The notes under the pieces: model-generated
Database searches by the model: none
The model's input: only the letters and a program-made list of their open reading frames with translations
Told to the model about the DNA's origin: nothing
Source of the DNA: a bacterium
GTDB lineage: Bacteria; Acidobacteriota; Aminicenantia; Aminicenantales; Aminicenantaceae
DNA length: 64,000 nt
Reading direction: 5' to 3'
NCBI GenBank assembly: GCA_018335295.1
Contig: JAGXKI010000008.1
Coordinates: 635 to 64,634, forward strand
Position numbers and translations under genes: made by a program
Shown here: piece by piece, positions 56,718 to 64,000 of the stretch
Numbering within the stretch: the first letter of the stretch is position 1
Layout of the letters: each line of letters begins with the position of its first letter

Positions 56718-57541
56718 GGGATTGTGGGAGGCTTCACTTGACCGGTTTCCGGTTTGTACACATAACTCTGTCCATCCAGATCCTTAGGAACGGACTCCAA
56801 GTAACCGGTCTTCACCAATTTAGATAGACTTTGAGGGTAATGGCCGTAGTGGTTTTTAAATTTTTCCAGGGCTTTTTCGATCCTCTGGATATCTCTGGTG
56901 GCCTTGACCCGGTAAAGATGATTGGAAGCAATCTTTTTGATGCGTTTGGTTTCAGCTTGTTTGTAGATTTCCCGCCAGTGGTTCCATGAAGTTTGATAGT
57001 CCGACATCTTAAAAGCTGCATGAGCGTAAAGTCTCCGGGCTATCGGAGGAGAACCTTCGATGTTCATGGTTTTTTTGTAGTATTTGCGGGCCCGTTTGTA
57101 ATTTTTTTCGATCATCTGGGCATAATGCCCGGCCTGAAAAGGGAAAATCCATTGGTCCGGGTTTTTTTTCAGTCCTCTATCCAGAATTTTGTAGGCCAGT
57201 TCCAGGTCTTTCGCTTCATAAACCGCGATGATGGCTCCCAGTTCATAGGGGTCCAGGTAGTGGGGGTCCAGTTCAGCAACAATGGAAAAGATGTGGTCCA
57301 GGTATTGGAATCGGTTGGGGATGGTGGTGGTGCTGAAGTACTGGATAGCCCAGAGATAAATCAGGTCGGCCATCAGAGATGAATAGCCGAAGGTGGCGTA
57401 CTTGAGGTATTTTCCTGAGGGGAGATAAATGATGGACGAGCCGGGTATTTTTTTTTGAGGGAGCTGGTCGATTTGAAGCTTCAACCCCATGAAAATGCCG
57501 CAGGTTGCGATGAGAAGGATGATCAGCCACTTTTTTTTCAT
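56705..57541 (-). CDS. Hypothetical N-terminally anchored protein with TPR-like helices, operonic with ABC-2 transporter and pilD
   Basis: N-terminal hydrophobic segment; no recognisable catalytic motif. Confidence 0.45.
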   Translation of the reverse strand: MKKKWLIILLIATCGIFMGLKLQIDQLPQKKIPGSSIIYLPSGKYLKYATFGYSSLMADLIYLWAIQYFSTTTIPNRFQYLDHIFSIVAELDPHYLDPYELGAIIAVYEAKDLELAYKILDRGLKKNPDQWIFPFQAGHYAQMIEKNYKRARKYYKKTMNIEGSPPIARRLYAHAAFKMSDYQTSWNHWREIYKQAETKRIKKIASNHLYRVKATRDIQRIEKALEKFKNHYGHYPQSLSKLVKTGYLESVPKDLDGQSYVYKPETGQVKPPTIPWKR

Positions 57542-57544
57542 TTT

Positions 57545-58309
57545 TTAGACAAAATCTCTTTTTTTGAAAATAAGAATGGCTATGAGCAAAACAAAACCGG
57601 TGTAAAAAATTCCGTAGGCCGTGGAATAAAAATAAGATTGGGGAGGAATGGAAAGATGATGGACTACTTCCGTTTTGAAATTGAAATTTTCCAGGTCTGG
57701 AAGAAAAGTGTAGAGGATTTGAACCAGAGTCTTTCCCACTCCCGGTTTCATCTTTTTGAGGATAGTCTCCAGGCTCCAGGAAAAATGGCCAATGAGGTAA
57801 AAGGAGAGGGAAAAAATTGAGCTCAAAATAGGAGTGGAAAAGCAGGAGAAGAGAATGGCCACTGAAGTGATCAGGCACATCTCCAGAAAGATGAAGGCCA
57901 CGGAAATCATTATTTCCCAAGGGATGGAAAAAGTGTGGAAAAAAACAACGCCCAGAAAAACGAGACTCATAAGAGAAAGCATGATAAACAAAGTGAGGAT
58001 GAGTCCAAAAAATTTCCCCAAAATAAATTGATACCTCCTCACAGGCTTGGATAACAAGGTGCAAATGGTTTTCTTGTCGATTTCTTTATACACCAAGCCT
58101 GTTCCCATCAGAATGGCCATGAGCACTCCAAAAAAGGATAGGGAAGCCAGCCCCACATCCTTGATTATTTTAACTTTATTTCCCACCGTAAGAAGAGCTA
58201 AAATCCGGGAAAAGACGATACAGACAGCTGCGAAAAAGAGAAGAAGATACAAGATGCGGTCTCGGATGGCCTCTTTAAAAGTGTTGAAAGCGATGGCTTT
58301 GATTTTCAT
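57545..58309 (-). CDS. ABC-2 family transporter permease
   Basis: 6 TM helices, ABC-2 pattern. Confidence 0.7.
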   Translation of the reverse strand: MKIKAIAFNTFKEAIRDRILYLLLFFAAVCIVFSRILALLTVGNKVKIIKDVGLASLSFFGVLMAILMGTGLVYKEIDKKTICTLLSKPVRRYQFILGKFFGLILTLFIMLSLMSLVFLGVVFFHTFSIPWEIMISVAFIFLEMCLITSVAILFSCFSTPILSSIFSLSFYLIGHFSWSLETILKKMKPGVGKTLVQILYTFLPDLENFNFKTEVVHHLSIPPQSYFYSTAYGIFYTGFVLLIAILIFKKRDFV

Positions 58310-59223
58310 GTTTGTTTAACCATTCCCACAAACAGATCTTCCAAGGTCTCTGTTCGGGGAGTTAGAGAGTGAAGGGTGCCCTTTCTGGACTGCACAAGCT
58401 GGATGATTTTTCTCTTTTTTTCTTCTTCAAATACTTTGAGAAAAATTCTTCCTCTGTGGATAGAGTAGATTTCTCCCAGCTCTTCCAGTTCCTTAGGGCT
58501 GACTCCGGACAAAGCTACTTCTGTGAATTGGATTTTTTCTGAAATCAGATCCTGGAGTTTTCCCTGGTTGATGATTTGTCCGTTTCCCAAAATAGCCACC
58601 TTGTCGCATATCATCTCGATATCTTGAATGATATGGGAACACAGGAACACGGTTTTTCCCTCTTCTTTGAAACGGAGAATGATGTCCCGGATTTCCTTCC
58701 GGCCGATAGGGTCAAGACCTCCCAGAGGTTCATCGAGAAGAACCAAAGAAGGATCATTCAAGATGGCTTGGGCCAGCCCCACTCTCTGAAGCATTCCCCG
58801 AGAAAATTTTCGAAGCTGGAGGTGAGAGGCTTCCTCCAACCCCACGATTTTGAGAAGGGTGTTGATTTTTTTGAAGTTGTGGGGTTTGAGGTTAGGACAA
58901 AGCTGACTGTAAAAGTCCAGAAATTCAGAGGCAGTGAGATAATCGTAGAAATAAGGGTTTTCAGGTAAATATCCAGTTTTTTCTTTGGCTTTCAGAGAAA
59001 AATAAGGATGGTCCCATACCTCTATCTCTCCCTTATCCGGGTGTATCAATCCCAGGATGCACTTCAGAGTGGTGGTTTTTCCGGCTCCGTTGGGGCCCAA
59101 GTAGCCGAAGATTTCCCCTTTTCCCACCTCCAAAGTGATTCCTTTCAGAATTTTCTTTTTTTTGGGGATAAAACCCGTTTGAAAGGACTTGTGAAGGTCA
59201 GCGATTTTCAGGGCTGTTTCCAT
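58306..59223 (-). CDS. ABC transporter ATP-binding protein
   Basis: GPNGAGKTT Walker A, LSGGM-like signature (FSRGMLQRV), Walker B LLDEP. Confidence 0.9.
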   Translation of the reverse strand: METALKIADLHKSFQTGFIPKKKKILKGITLEVGKGEIFGYLGPNGAGKTTTLKCILGLIHPDKGEIEVWDHPYFSLKAKEKTGYLPENPYFYDYLTASEFLDFYSQLCPNLKPHNFKKINTLLKIVGLEEASHLQLRKFSRGMLQRVGLAQAILNDPSLVLLDEPLGGLDPIGRKEIRDIILRFKEEGKTVFLCSHIIQDIEMICDKVAILGNGQIINQGKLQDLISEKIQFTEVALSGVSPKELEELGEIYSIHRGRIFLKVFEEEKKRKIIQLVQSRKGTLHSLTPRTETLEDLFVGMVKQT

Positions 59224-59283
59224 TAGCTCCTATCCTATTATAGACTTCTTAGGGATCATTTCAAATTTTCTTCAAATCCAGGG

Positions 59284-59844
59284 CTAGTCAGGAACTACAT
59301 GTTTCTTCGTATCCGGGTTGATGGTGATGTAAAAATCGCTTCCCAGGTAAAGAAGAGGATTGACCTTCCCTGCGTCCAGAACTCCTTCTTGATTGAAGCA
59401 ATTTTCGTCTTCATGAATAGCCAGAACTTCTCCTACAAACAAGTCATGGTCTCCATAAGCTTTGATGTCCGCTACCTTGCACTCAAAGCACACATAGGCT
59501 TCTTCGAGCACAGGAGTTTTGATGATTTTGGACGGAGCCAACTGAACCTGGAATTGTTTGAGTTTATCTGTATCGTATCCGGAAGTTCTTCCCAATTGAG
59601 CGGAGAGTTTGACCCTATCTGCCTTAAGGAAATTCACTGTAAATTCTCTGGAGTCAGATATCACTTTATGAGTCAACCTCTTTTTGGAGACAAGGACACC
59701 AAAGAGAGGGGGATCAAAGGATAAGGCGGTATGCCAGGCACAGCTCATATAATTGATTTGATTTTTTGACTTGGCTCCAATGATGTTCACTGTGTAAGGA
59801 TAGAAATGCTGAAATTTTTTAAATTGAGTTAAAACTTTTTTCAT
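59284..59844 (-). CDS. Flavin reductase-like FMN-binding domain protein
   Basis: PF01613-like pattern (MSCAWHTALSFDPPLFGV). Confidence 0.7.
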   Translation of the reverse strand: MKKVLTQFKKFQHFYPYTVNIIGAKSKNQINYMSCAWHTALSFDPPLFGVLVSKKRLTHKVISDSREFTVNFLKADRVKLSAQLGRTSGYDTDKLKQFQVQLAPSKIIKTPVLEEAYVCFECKVADIKAYGDHDLFVGEVLAIHEDENCFNQEGVLDAGKVNPLLYLGSDFYITINPDTKKHVVPD

Positions 59845-60064
59845 AGCTACCTCCTAAAAGGACAAGACAAAAATCCTCCTTTGCCTGCGGTTATTATCTT
59901 TTCAGAATTATAGTGCTTTTTTTGAAGAATGAAAAGGATGAACTTAAGTCCTTCTTTTCTTTAGAAGCCTTGAAAAATTCTTTTAACTCATTCATACTCT
60001 TTGTCTTACTGTAAGTCCGAACTTTTTTTATGAATAATTCAGAATCATTATTTTTGAGGTTTAG

Positions 60065-60934
60065 ATGACAGATTGGGGAGGAGCCCTCAAAAAGGCTCTT
60101 GATTTTCAGGTTGCTATTTTGGGAGTTCCTTTTGATGAAAAATCAAGCTATATGAAAGGCCCTTCCCTGGCTCCTCAAGCCATCCGGAAAAGCTCCACGA
60201 GTGGAGCTATAAATTGCTTCACTGAGTCAGGATTAGATTTACATAGCGAAACGGTTTTAACAGACCTGGGAAATGTGGAAATGAGGGGAGATTTTTCCTC
60301 GGTTTTTTCTAAGGTTGAGAAAAAAGTTTCCCATATCCTTGGAAAAGAAGCCATGCCCGTGATTTTAGGGGGAGATCATTCGGTGAGCAATCCAGTGATT
60401 CAAGGGTTTTGTCACAAGTTTTCTTCCTTGGATATACTCCATTTTGATGCCCATCCCGATATGTACGAGGAATACAAAGGGGATCGGTTCTCTCATGCCT
60501 GTCCTTTTGCCCGTATCCTGGAGAAAGGGATAGTCCGTCGTCTTGTTCAAGTAGGGATAAGAACGGCTACCAAGGAGCAAAGAACCAAAGCATCTCAGTA
60601 CAATGTTCAAATGATGGAGATGAAAGACATTCCTCCTCATTTTTCCTTGGAGTTTGAGAATCCTCTTTATATTTCTGTGGATATGGATGTCTTGGATCCA
60701 GCCTTTGCTCCGGGAGTTTCTCACTGGGAGCCAGGCGGACTTTCCACAAGGCAGCTTTTAAACATGGTCCTGGGTTTAAAGGCTCAAATCGTGGGAATGG
60801 ATGTGGTTGAGCTCAATCCTCTTCGAGACCATTTGAATGTTACCGCGGCCGCGGCAGTGAAAATCATTAAAGAGGTGATTGGCAAGAAGGTAAAAAATGA
60901 GAAAGAAAAGGAGATTAAAGAGCGGATTAAATGA
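60065..60934 (+). CDS. speB: Agmatinase / arginase-family ureohydrolase
   Basis: GGDHSVS, DAHPD, SVDMDVLDPAFAPG Mn-binding motifs. Confidence 0.85.
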   Translation: MTDWGGALKKALDFQVAILGVPFDEKSSYMKGPSLAPQAIRKSSTSGAINCFTESGLDLHSETVLTDLGNVEMRGDFSSVFSKVEKKVSHILGKEAMPVILGGDHSVSNPVIQGFCHKFSSLDILHFDAHPDMYEEYKGDRFSHACPFARILEKGIVRRLVQVGIRTATKEQRTKASQYNVQMMEMKDIPPHFSLEFENPLYISVDMDVLDPAFAPGVSHWEPGGLSTRQLLNMVLGLKAQIVGMDVVELNPLRDHLNVTAAAAVKIIKEVIGKKVKNEKEKEIKERIK

Positions 60935-61385
60935 GAGTTACAATTTCTTCGAGGTTCTCTTTATCCACTGAAGAGAACGCATCAAATTCTTGACTGTCTA
61001 TATCCAGAACCCCCCACACTTCTTTGGATTCGTTCCACAGAGGAACCACCATTTCTGAGTTGGAGCGGCTGTCGCAGGCAATGTGTCCTGGAAATTCATG
61101 AACATTGGGTACAATGAGAGTCTTTCTCTGGAGGAGGGCTGTCCAGCATACCCCCTTGTTTTTTTCTAGGACTTGACAGGCAAGGGGGCCTTGATAAGGT
61201 CCTACAATTAAGTTTCCTTGGTTGAGAATGTAAAAACCTGTCCAGAAAAACCGGGGCATTTTATGATGGAGAAGAGCAGCCACTGTGGCCATTCGAGCTG
61301 TTTGATTTTCGGTTTGGTTCAATATTTTTTGAAGTTGGGAGTAAATTCTTTTGTAGCGGTCATTTAAAAGATCAGAATTTATCAT
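60927..61385 (-). CDS. GAF domain protein (free methionine-R-sulfoxide reductase-like)
   Basis: 152 aa GAF fold pattern with conserved Cys residues. Confidence 0.7.
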   Translation of the reverse strand: MINSDLLNDRYKRIYSQLQKILNQTENQTARMATVAALLHHKMPRFFWTGFYILNQGNLIVGPYQGPLACQVLEKNKGVCWTALLQRKTLIVPNVHEFPGHIACDSRSNSEMVVPLWNESKEVWGVLDIDSQEFDAFSSVDKENLEEIVTLI

Positions 61386-61469
61386 TGATTCCCTTCTTCA
61401 GGAAAATTTAACATGGCAGGTATGCGGAGTCAAGATTTCAAGATGTTTGATTTAGATTTTCGAACCATT

Positions 61470-61510
61470 TTCATTTGTTGAAAGCGGCGAAGCCGCCATG
61501 GGGAATTAGC
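61470..61510. repeat. Intergenic repeat copy D (TTCATTTGTTGAAAGCGGCGAAGCCGCCATGGGGAATTAGC), matching 32975-33016
   Basis: Shared GGCG(G/A)AGCCGCCATGGGGAATTAGC block. Confidence 0.65.
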
Positions 61511-61956
61511 CTGGAATCATTATTTTGAATGTGTTGAATGTTGTTTTGATTAGAAAAAGATAAGATATTTTTATACTTTTATATAACTATATATACTTAT
61601 TATGTGATTTCAAGAGATCAAAAAAGAGACGGGAACCATTGAATGAACCGAGGAGGAAAATGGATGAGTGGAATAAGGGCGGGCTGTTGTCAGCAAAAGG
61701 GGGGTTGATGATGGGAACCAAAAAGGTGGGAGTTCTCTCCAGCCCGCACAAGAGAACCAAACTAATTATTACAGAAAAACAATAATTTGTAAAGGAAAAA
61801 AATAAATTTTTATATAATATATTTAATATCGATGACCTCTTACCTTCCCATATCCCAAAGCGTTTTCCGCTATATGGAAGAGAGTGATTGATATAACATG
61901 AAGAGATTTTTAAGATAAAAATTTCCGATTTGCCTTGACAATCGGGAAAAATTATC

Positions 61957-61984
61957 TTGACATTAAGGTTCATTTCGTATAAAT
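61957..61984 (+). promoter_or_regulatory. Candidate promoter: TTGACA (61957-61962), 15-nt spacer, TATAAA(T) (61978-61984); second TTGACA at 61935-61940; 8-bp palindrome AAGCGCTT at 62014-62021
   Basis: Read directly in 670-bp AT-rich intergenic region. Confidence 0.3.
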
Positions 61985-62057
61985 AATCTTCAGAAGATAG
62001 GATAAAGCGTTTAAAAGCGCTTGCGTTCTTCCTTGAATTTTTTTAGGAGGTAGATGA

Positions 62058-62255
62058 ATGGCTTATGAATTCACTAATTCTAAAGGGGTTAAATATTTCC
62101 TTCATCATAAGGATGTGAATTTGAAAGGTGGAAGAACCCAGAGAATCTATTATTTTGCTAGAGATATAAGAGAAGGGGCGATGGATCAGATTCCTCCTGG
62201 GTATAAAGTTGAGGAAACCCGAAGAACAGGAATGCCCATACTGAAAAAAATATAA
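62058..62255 (+). CDS. Small hypothetical protein (65 aa, basic) with strong RBS AGGAGGT
   Basis: ORF + canonical SD 7 nt upstream; paired YYL / YYF motifs. Confidence 0.5.
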   Translation: MAYEFTNSKGVKYFLHHKDVNLKGGRTQRIYYFARDIREGAMDQIPPGYKVEETRRTGMPILKKI

Positions 62256-62410
62256 CCCTAAAAAACAAGTTTATCTTTAAAAAAGAGGGAGAGGATCCCT
62301 TGACCTAAGGGTTTTTGACTTTTAAAAAAGAGTTAAATCTATACCGACAAAAACTCTGCCTGAAATTCAACCTATTCTTTTATTTTTACCTTATTTTTCT
62401 ATTCCTAAAT

Positions 62411-62504
62411 CCTTTGAGGATGGGGAGGGCGGAAAAGTCTTTTCTATGACTATTTAAGCTGTCACCTGTCCCCATATGGTGACAGATAAGACCTTTGAGG
62501 ATAG
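62411..62504. promoter_or_regulatory. Direct repeats CCTTTGAGGAT(G/A)G at 62411-62423 and 62492-62504 flanking an inverted repeat CTGTCACC-N11-GGTGACAG (62459-62485)
   Basis: Read directly; 50 nt upstream of the next gene start. Confidence 0.4.
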
Positions 62505-62553
62505 TTTTTATATTGGCATATATTTTGCTTTCTAAGGAACTAGAAAGGAGTTC

Positions 62554-64000
62554 TCATGAAAAGGCATTTTATTTTTCTCTTTTGTTTCTTCCTAGCGGTT
62601 GGTTTTGCTTTTTCTTCGACATCCCCAAGATACAACCAAAATGATCACGCCCGGATTTGCTACACAAAAGGAGATGTGTATGTCCAAAGGGCTGAAGACT
62701 TAGGCTATGAAGAAGGCATCATCAACTTAGTTCTTATAGAGGGAGATAAGTTAGGCACTGAAAAGGGACGGACTGAGATCCATTTAGGAGAGAGGAATTA
62801 TCTTCGGTTAGGCAAAAACACACAACTTGATATAGTGGAGCTTCCCCAAAATGAAGGAGAGTCTTATGGGTTTCATTTACTTTACGGGAAAATTTACTTG
62901 AGGGTGAATTTTCAACGAATCGAAAAGGAGTTTGCCGTTCATACTCCGGATGCTTCCTTTTATATACTGGAAAAAGGCCTTTATCGATTGGAAGTGCAAG
63001 AGGACGCTAAAACGAAAATATACGTTGAAGAAGGTTCAACAGAAGTTGCCGGAGAAGAAGGTTCGGTCCTTGTTAGAGAAGAAGAAGAATTGATAGCTTC
63101 CCAAGGTTATGTTCTTTCTGGTCCGGATTTTGTAAGGATGAGTATAGAGGATAATTTTTCCCAGTGGAATCGAAGCCGGGAGGCCCTCCATAATCGAGCC
63201 ATTACCCGGAGACGCCTTCCTTCTGAGTTGTATGCTTATGAAAGGGAATTGGCTGATAACGGCCGATGGGTCTATGAACAGCCCTATGGCTATGTATGGG
63301 TTCCTCGTGTTTCCCATTATTCCTGGAGGCCTTATTATTTTGGGCGGTGGGTATGGTATCCTGTTATCGGTTGGACCTGGGTTTCTCAGGAACCTTGGGG
63401 ATGGTGTGTCAGTCATTATGGAAGATGGCACTGGAGATCCAGCTTAGGGTGGTACTGGATTCCGACCACCACATGGGGACCTGCATGGGTTCATTGGTAC
63501 AGAGGATATGATTATGTGGGATGGTGCCCTTTAAACTACTATGGATCTCCTGTGGTAGTAATCAACAATCACTTTATCCTTCATTCTAATTTTAATTTTT
63601 ATCCTACCCAATCCAGAGCTTTGGTTGTGGTCCGGAAAAATCAGCTACAGAGTTCCCAGGTCTCCCGCATGGCTCTGAGTCAAGGAGAAGTGACCCGCCT
63701 CAAAAAGATTTCTCTTTCCAGAGCTCAGCCTGAACTCAAGTCTGTGGTGAGAAAAAAGGCTCTTCAGAATAAAGAGGCAGCCAGAGTTCTTTCGAGGGAA
63801 AAAATTAGAAAGGTTCAGAAAAGTTATCTTTCCCGAACTTCCTCTTCTTATAGGATGAAGAAGGGGGTACATAAGAAATCTTCTTCGATTCCTTCTCCGG
63901 TCACCAACCATCATTTATCTAACGTGTCAAGAAAAAATTTGAATGCGGGGCAGGGAAGTATGGCTTCCCGTCATCCATCTGAAGGAATGAGAGAAAGAAA
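62554..64000 (+). CDS. Secreted protein with FecR-like beta-sandwich domain and Trp/Tyr/Gly-rich repeat region; ORF runs off window end (absent from ORF track because no stop is reached)
   Basis: Hand translation: MKRHFIFLFCFFLAVGFAFS signal; ...YGYVWVPRVSHYSWRPYYFGRWVWYPVIGWTWVSQEPWGW...; no stop to 64000; RBS AGGAG at 62543-62547. Confidence 0.7.

Noticed and set aside
61587-61973. 128-aa minus-strand ORF in the AT-rich spacer
   Set aside because: It is AT-driven and low-complexity, with no RBS, and lies across predicted promoter elements for the opposite strand.
1-64000. CRISPR arrays, transposases, prophage or toxin-antitoxin genes
   Set aside because: No regularly spaced direct repeats of CRISPR type and no ORFs with transposase, integrase or phage signatures were seen. 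The repeats present are short, irregular intergenic elements.

Overview
This is a 64 kb chromosomal window from a low-GC bacterium (about 40% GC, Lys/Glu-rich proteins, two sigma-54-type activators); I cannot assign a lineage from sequence alone. The plus-strand start carries the conserved ffh-rpsP-khpA-rimM-trmD-rplS-rnhB operon, with rimM interrupted by a frameshift in a T9 homopolymer, followed by a TPR protein and a sigma-54 activator. A long minus-strand housekeeping run follows: nhaC, iadA, ppiD-like, acyl-CoA dehydrogenase, HIT, HU, rpsA, ispH, scpB, scpA, trpS and an M50 protease. The least conventional block is a four-gene minus-strand operon at 21.6-27.6 kb: a NuoE-like 2Fe-2S protein, a NuoF-GltD fusion of 1054 aa, a NuoG-N-terminal-like ferredoxin, and a GltB FMN-domain-only protein with an N-terminal Cys cluster. 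It lies next to glnA and an Lrp/AsnC regulator. I read it as a flavin-based, possibly electron-bifurcating, glutamate-synthase-like complex of the Stn/Nfn type. Downstream are an M1 aminopeptidase, a three-gene signalling module (small secreted protein, PDZ-7TM-GAF-PAS histidine kinase, NtrC-family sigma-54 response regulator) and a type IVa pilus biogenesis cluster: pilC-pilB-pilM-pilN-pilO-pilP-pilQ, a tRNA(CAU) with tilS and convergent asnB inserted in the middle, then fimT/pilV/pilW/pilX/pilY1 and, convergent, pilD with an ABC/ABC-2/TM-protein operon. No major pilin or pilT gene lies in the window. The secretin PilQ carries an N-terminal TPR-lipoprotein (pilotin-like) module and a C-terminal cohesin-like extension, and PilY1 has an N-terminal FG-GAP/VCBS propeller region. 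A small family of modular intergenic repeats recurs at about 3.5, 21.3, 32.9, 45.4, 55.9 and 61.5 kb. The window ends in a long untracked ORF for a secreted FecR-like Trp/Tyr-rich protein preceded by direct repeats and an inverted repeat. I found no CRISPR array, integrase or transposase.
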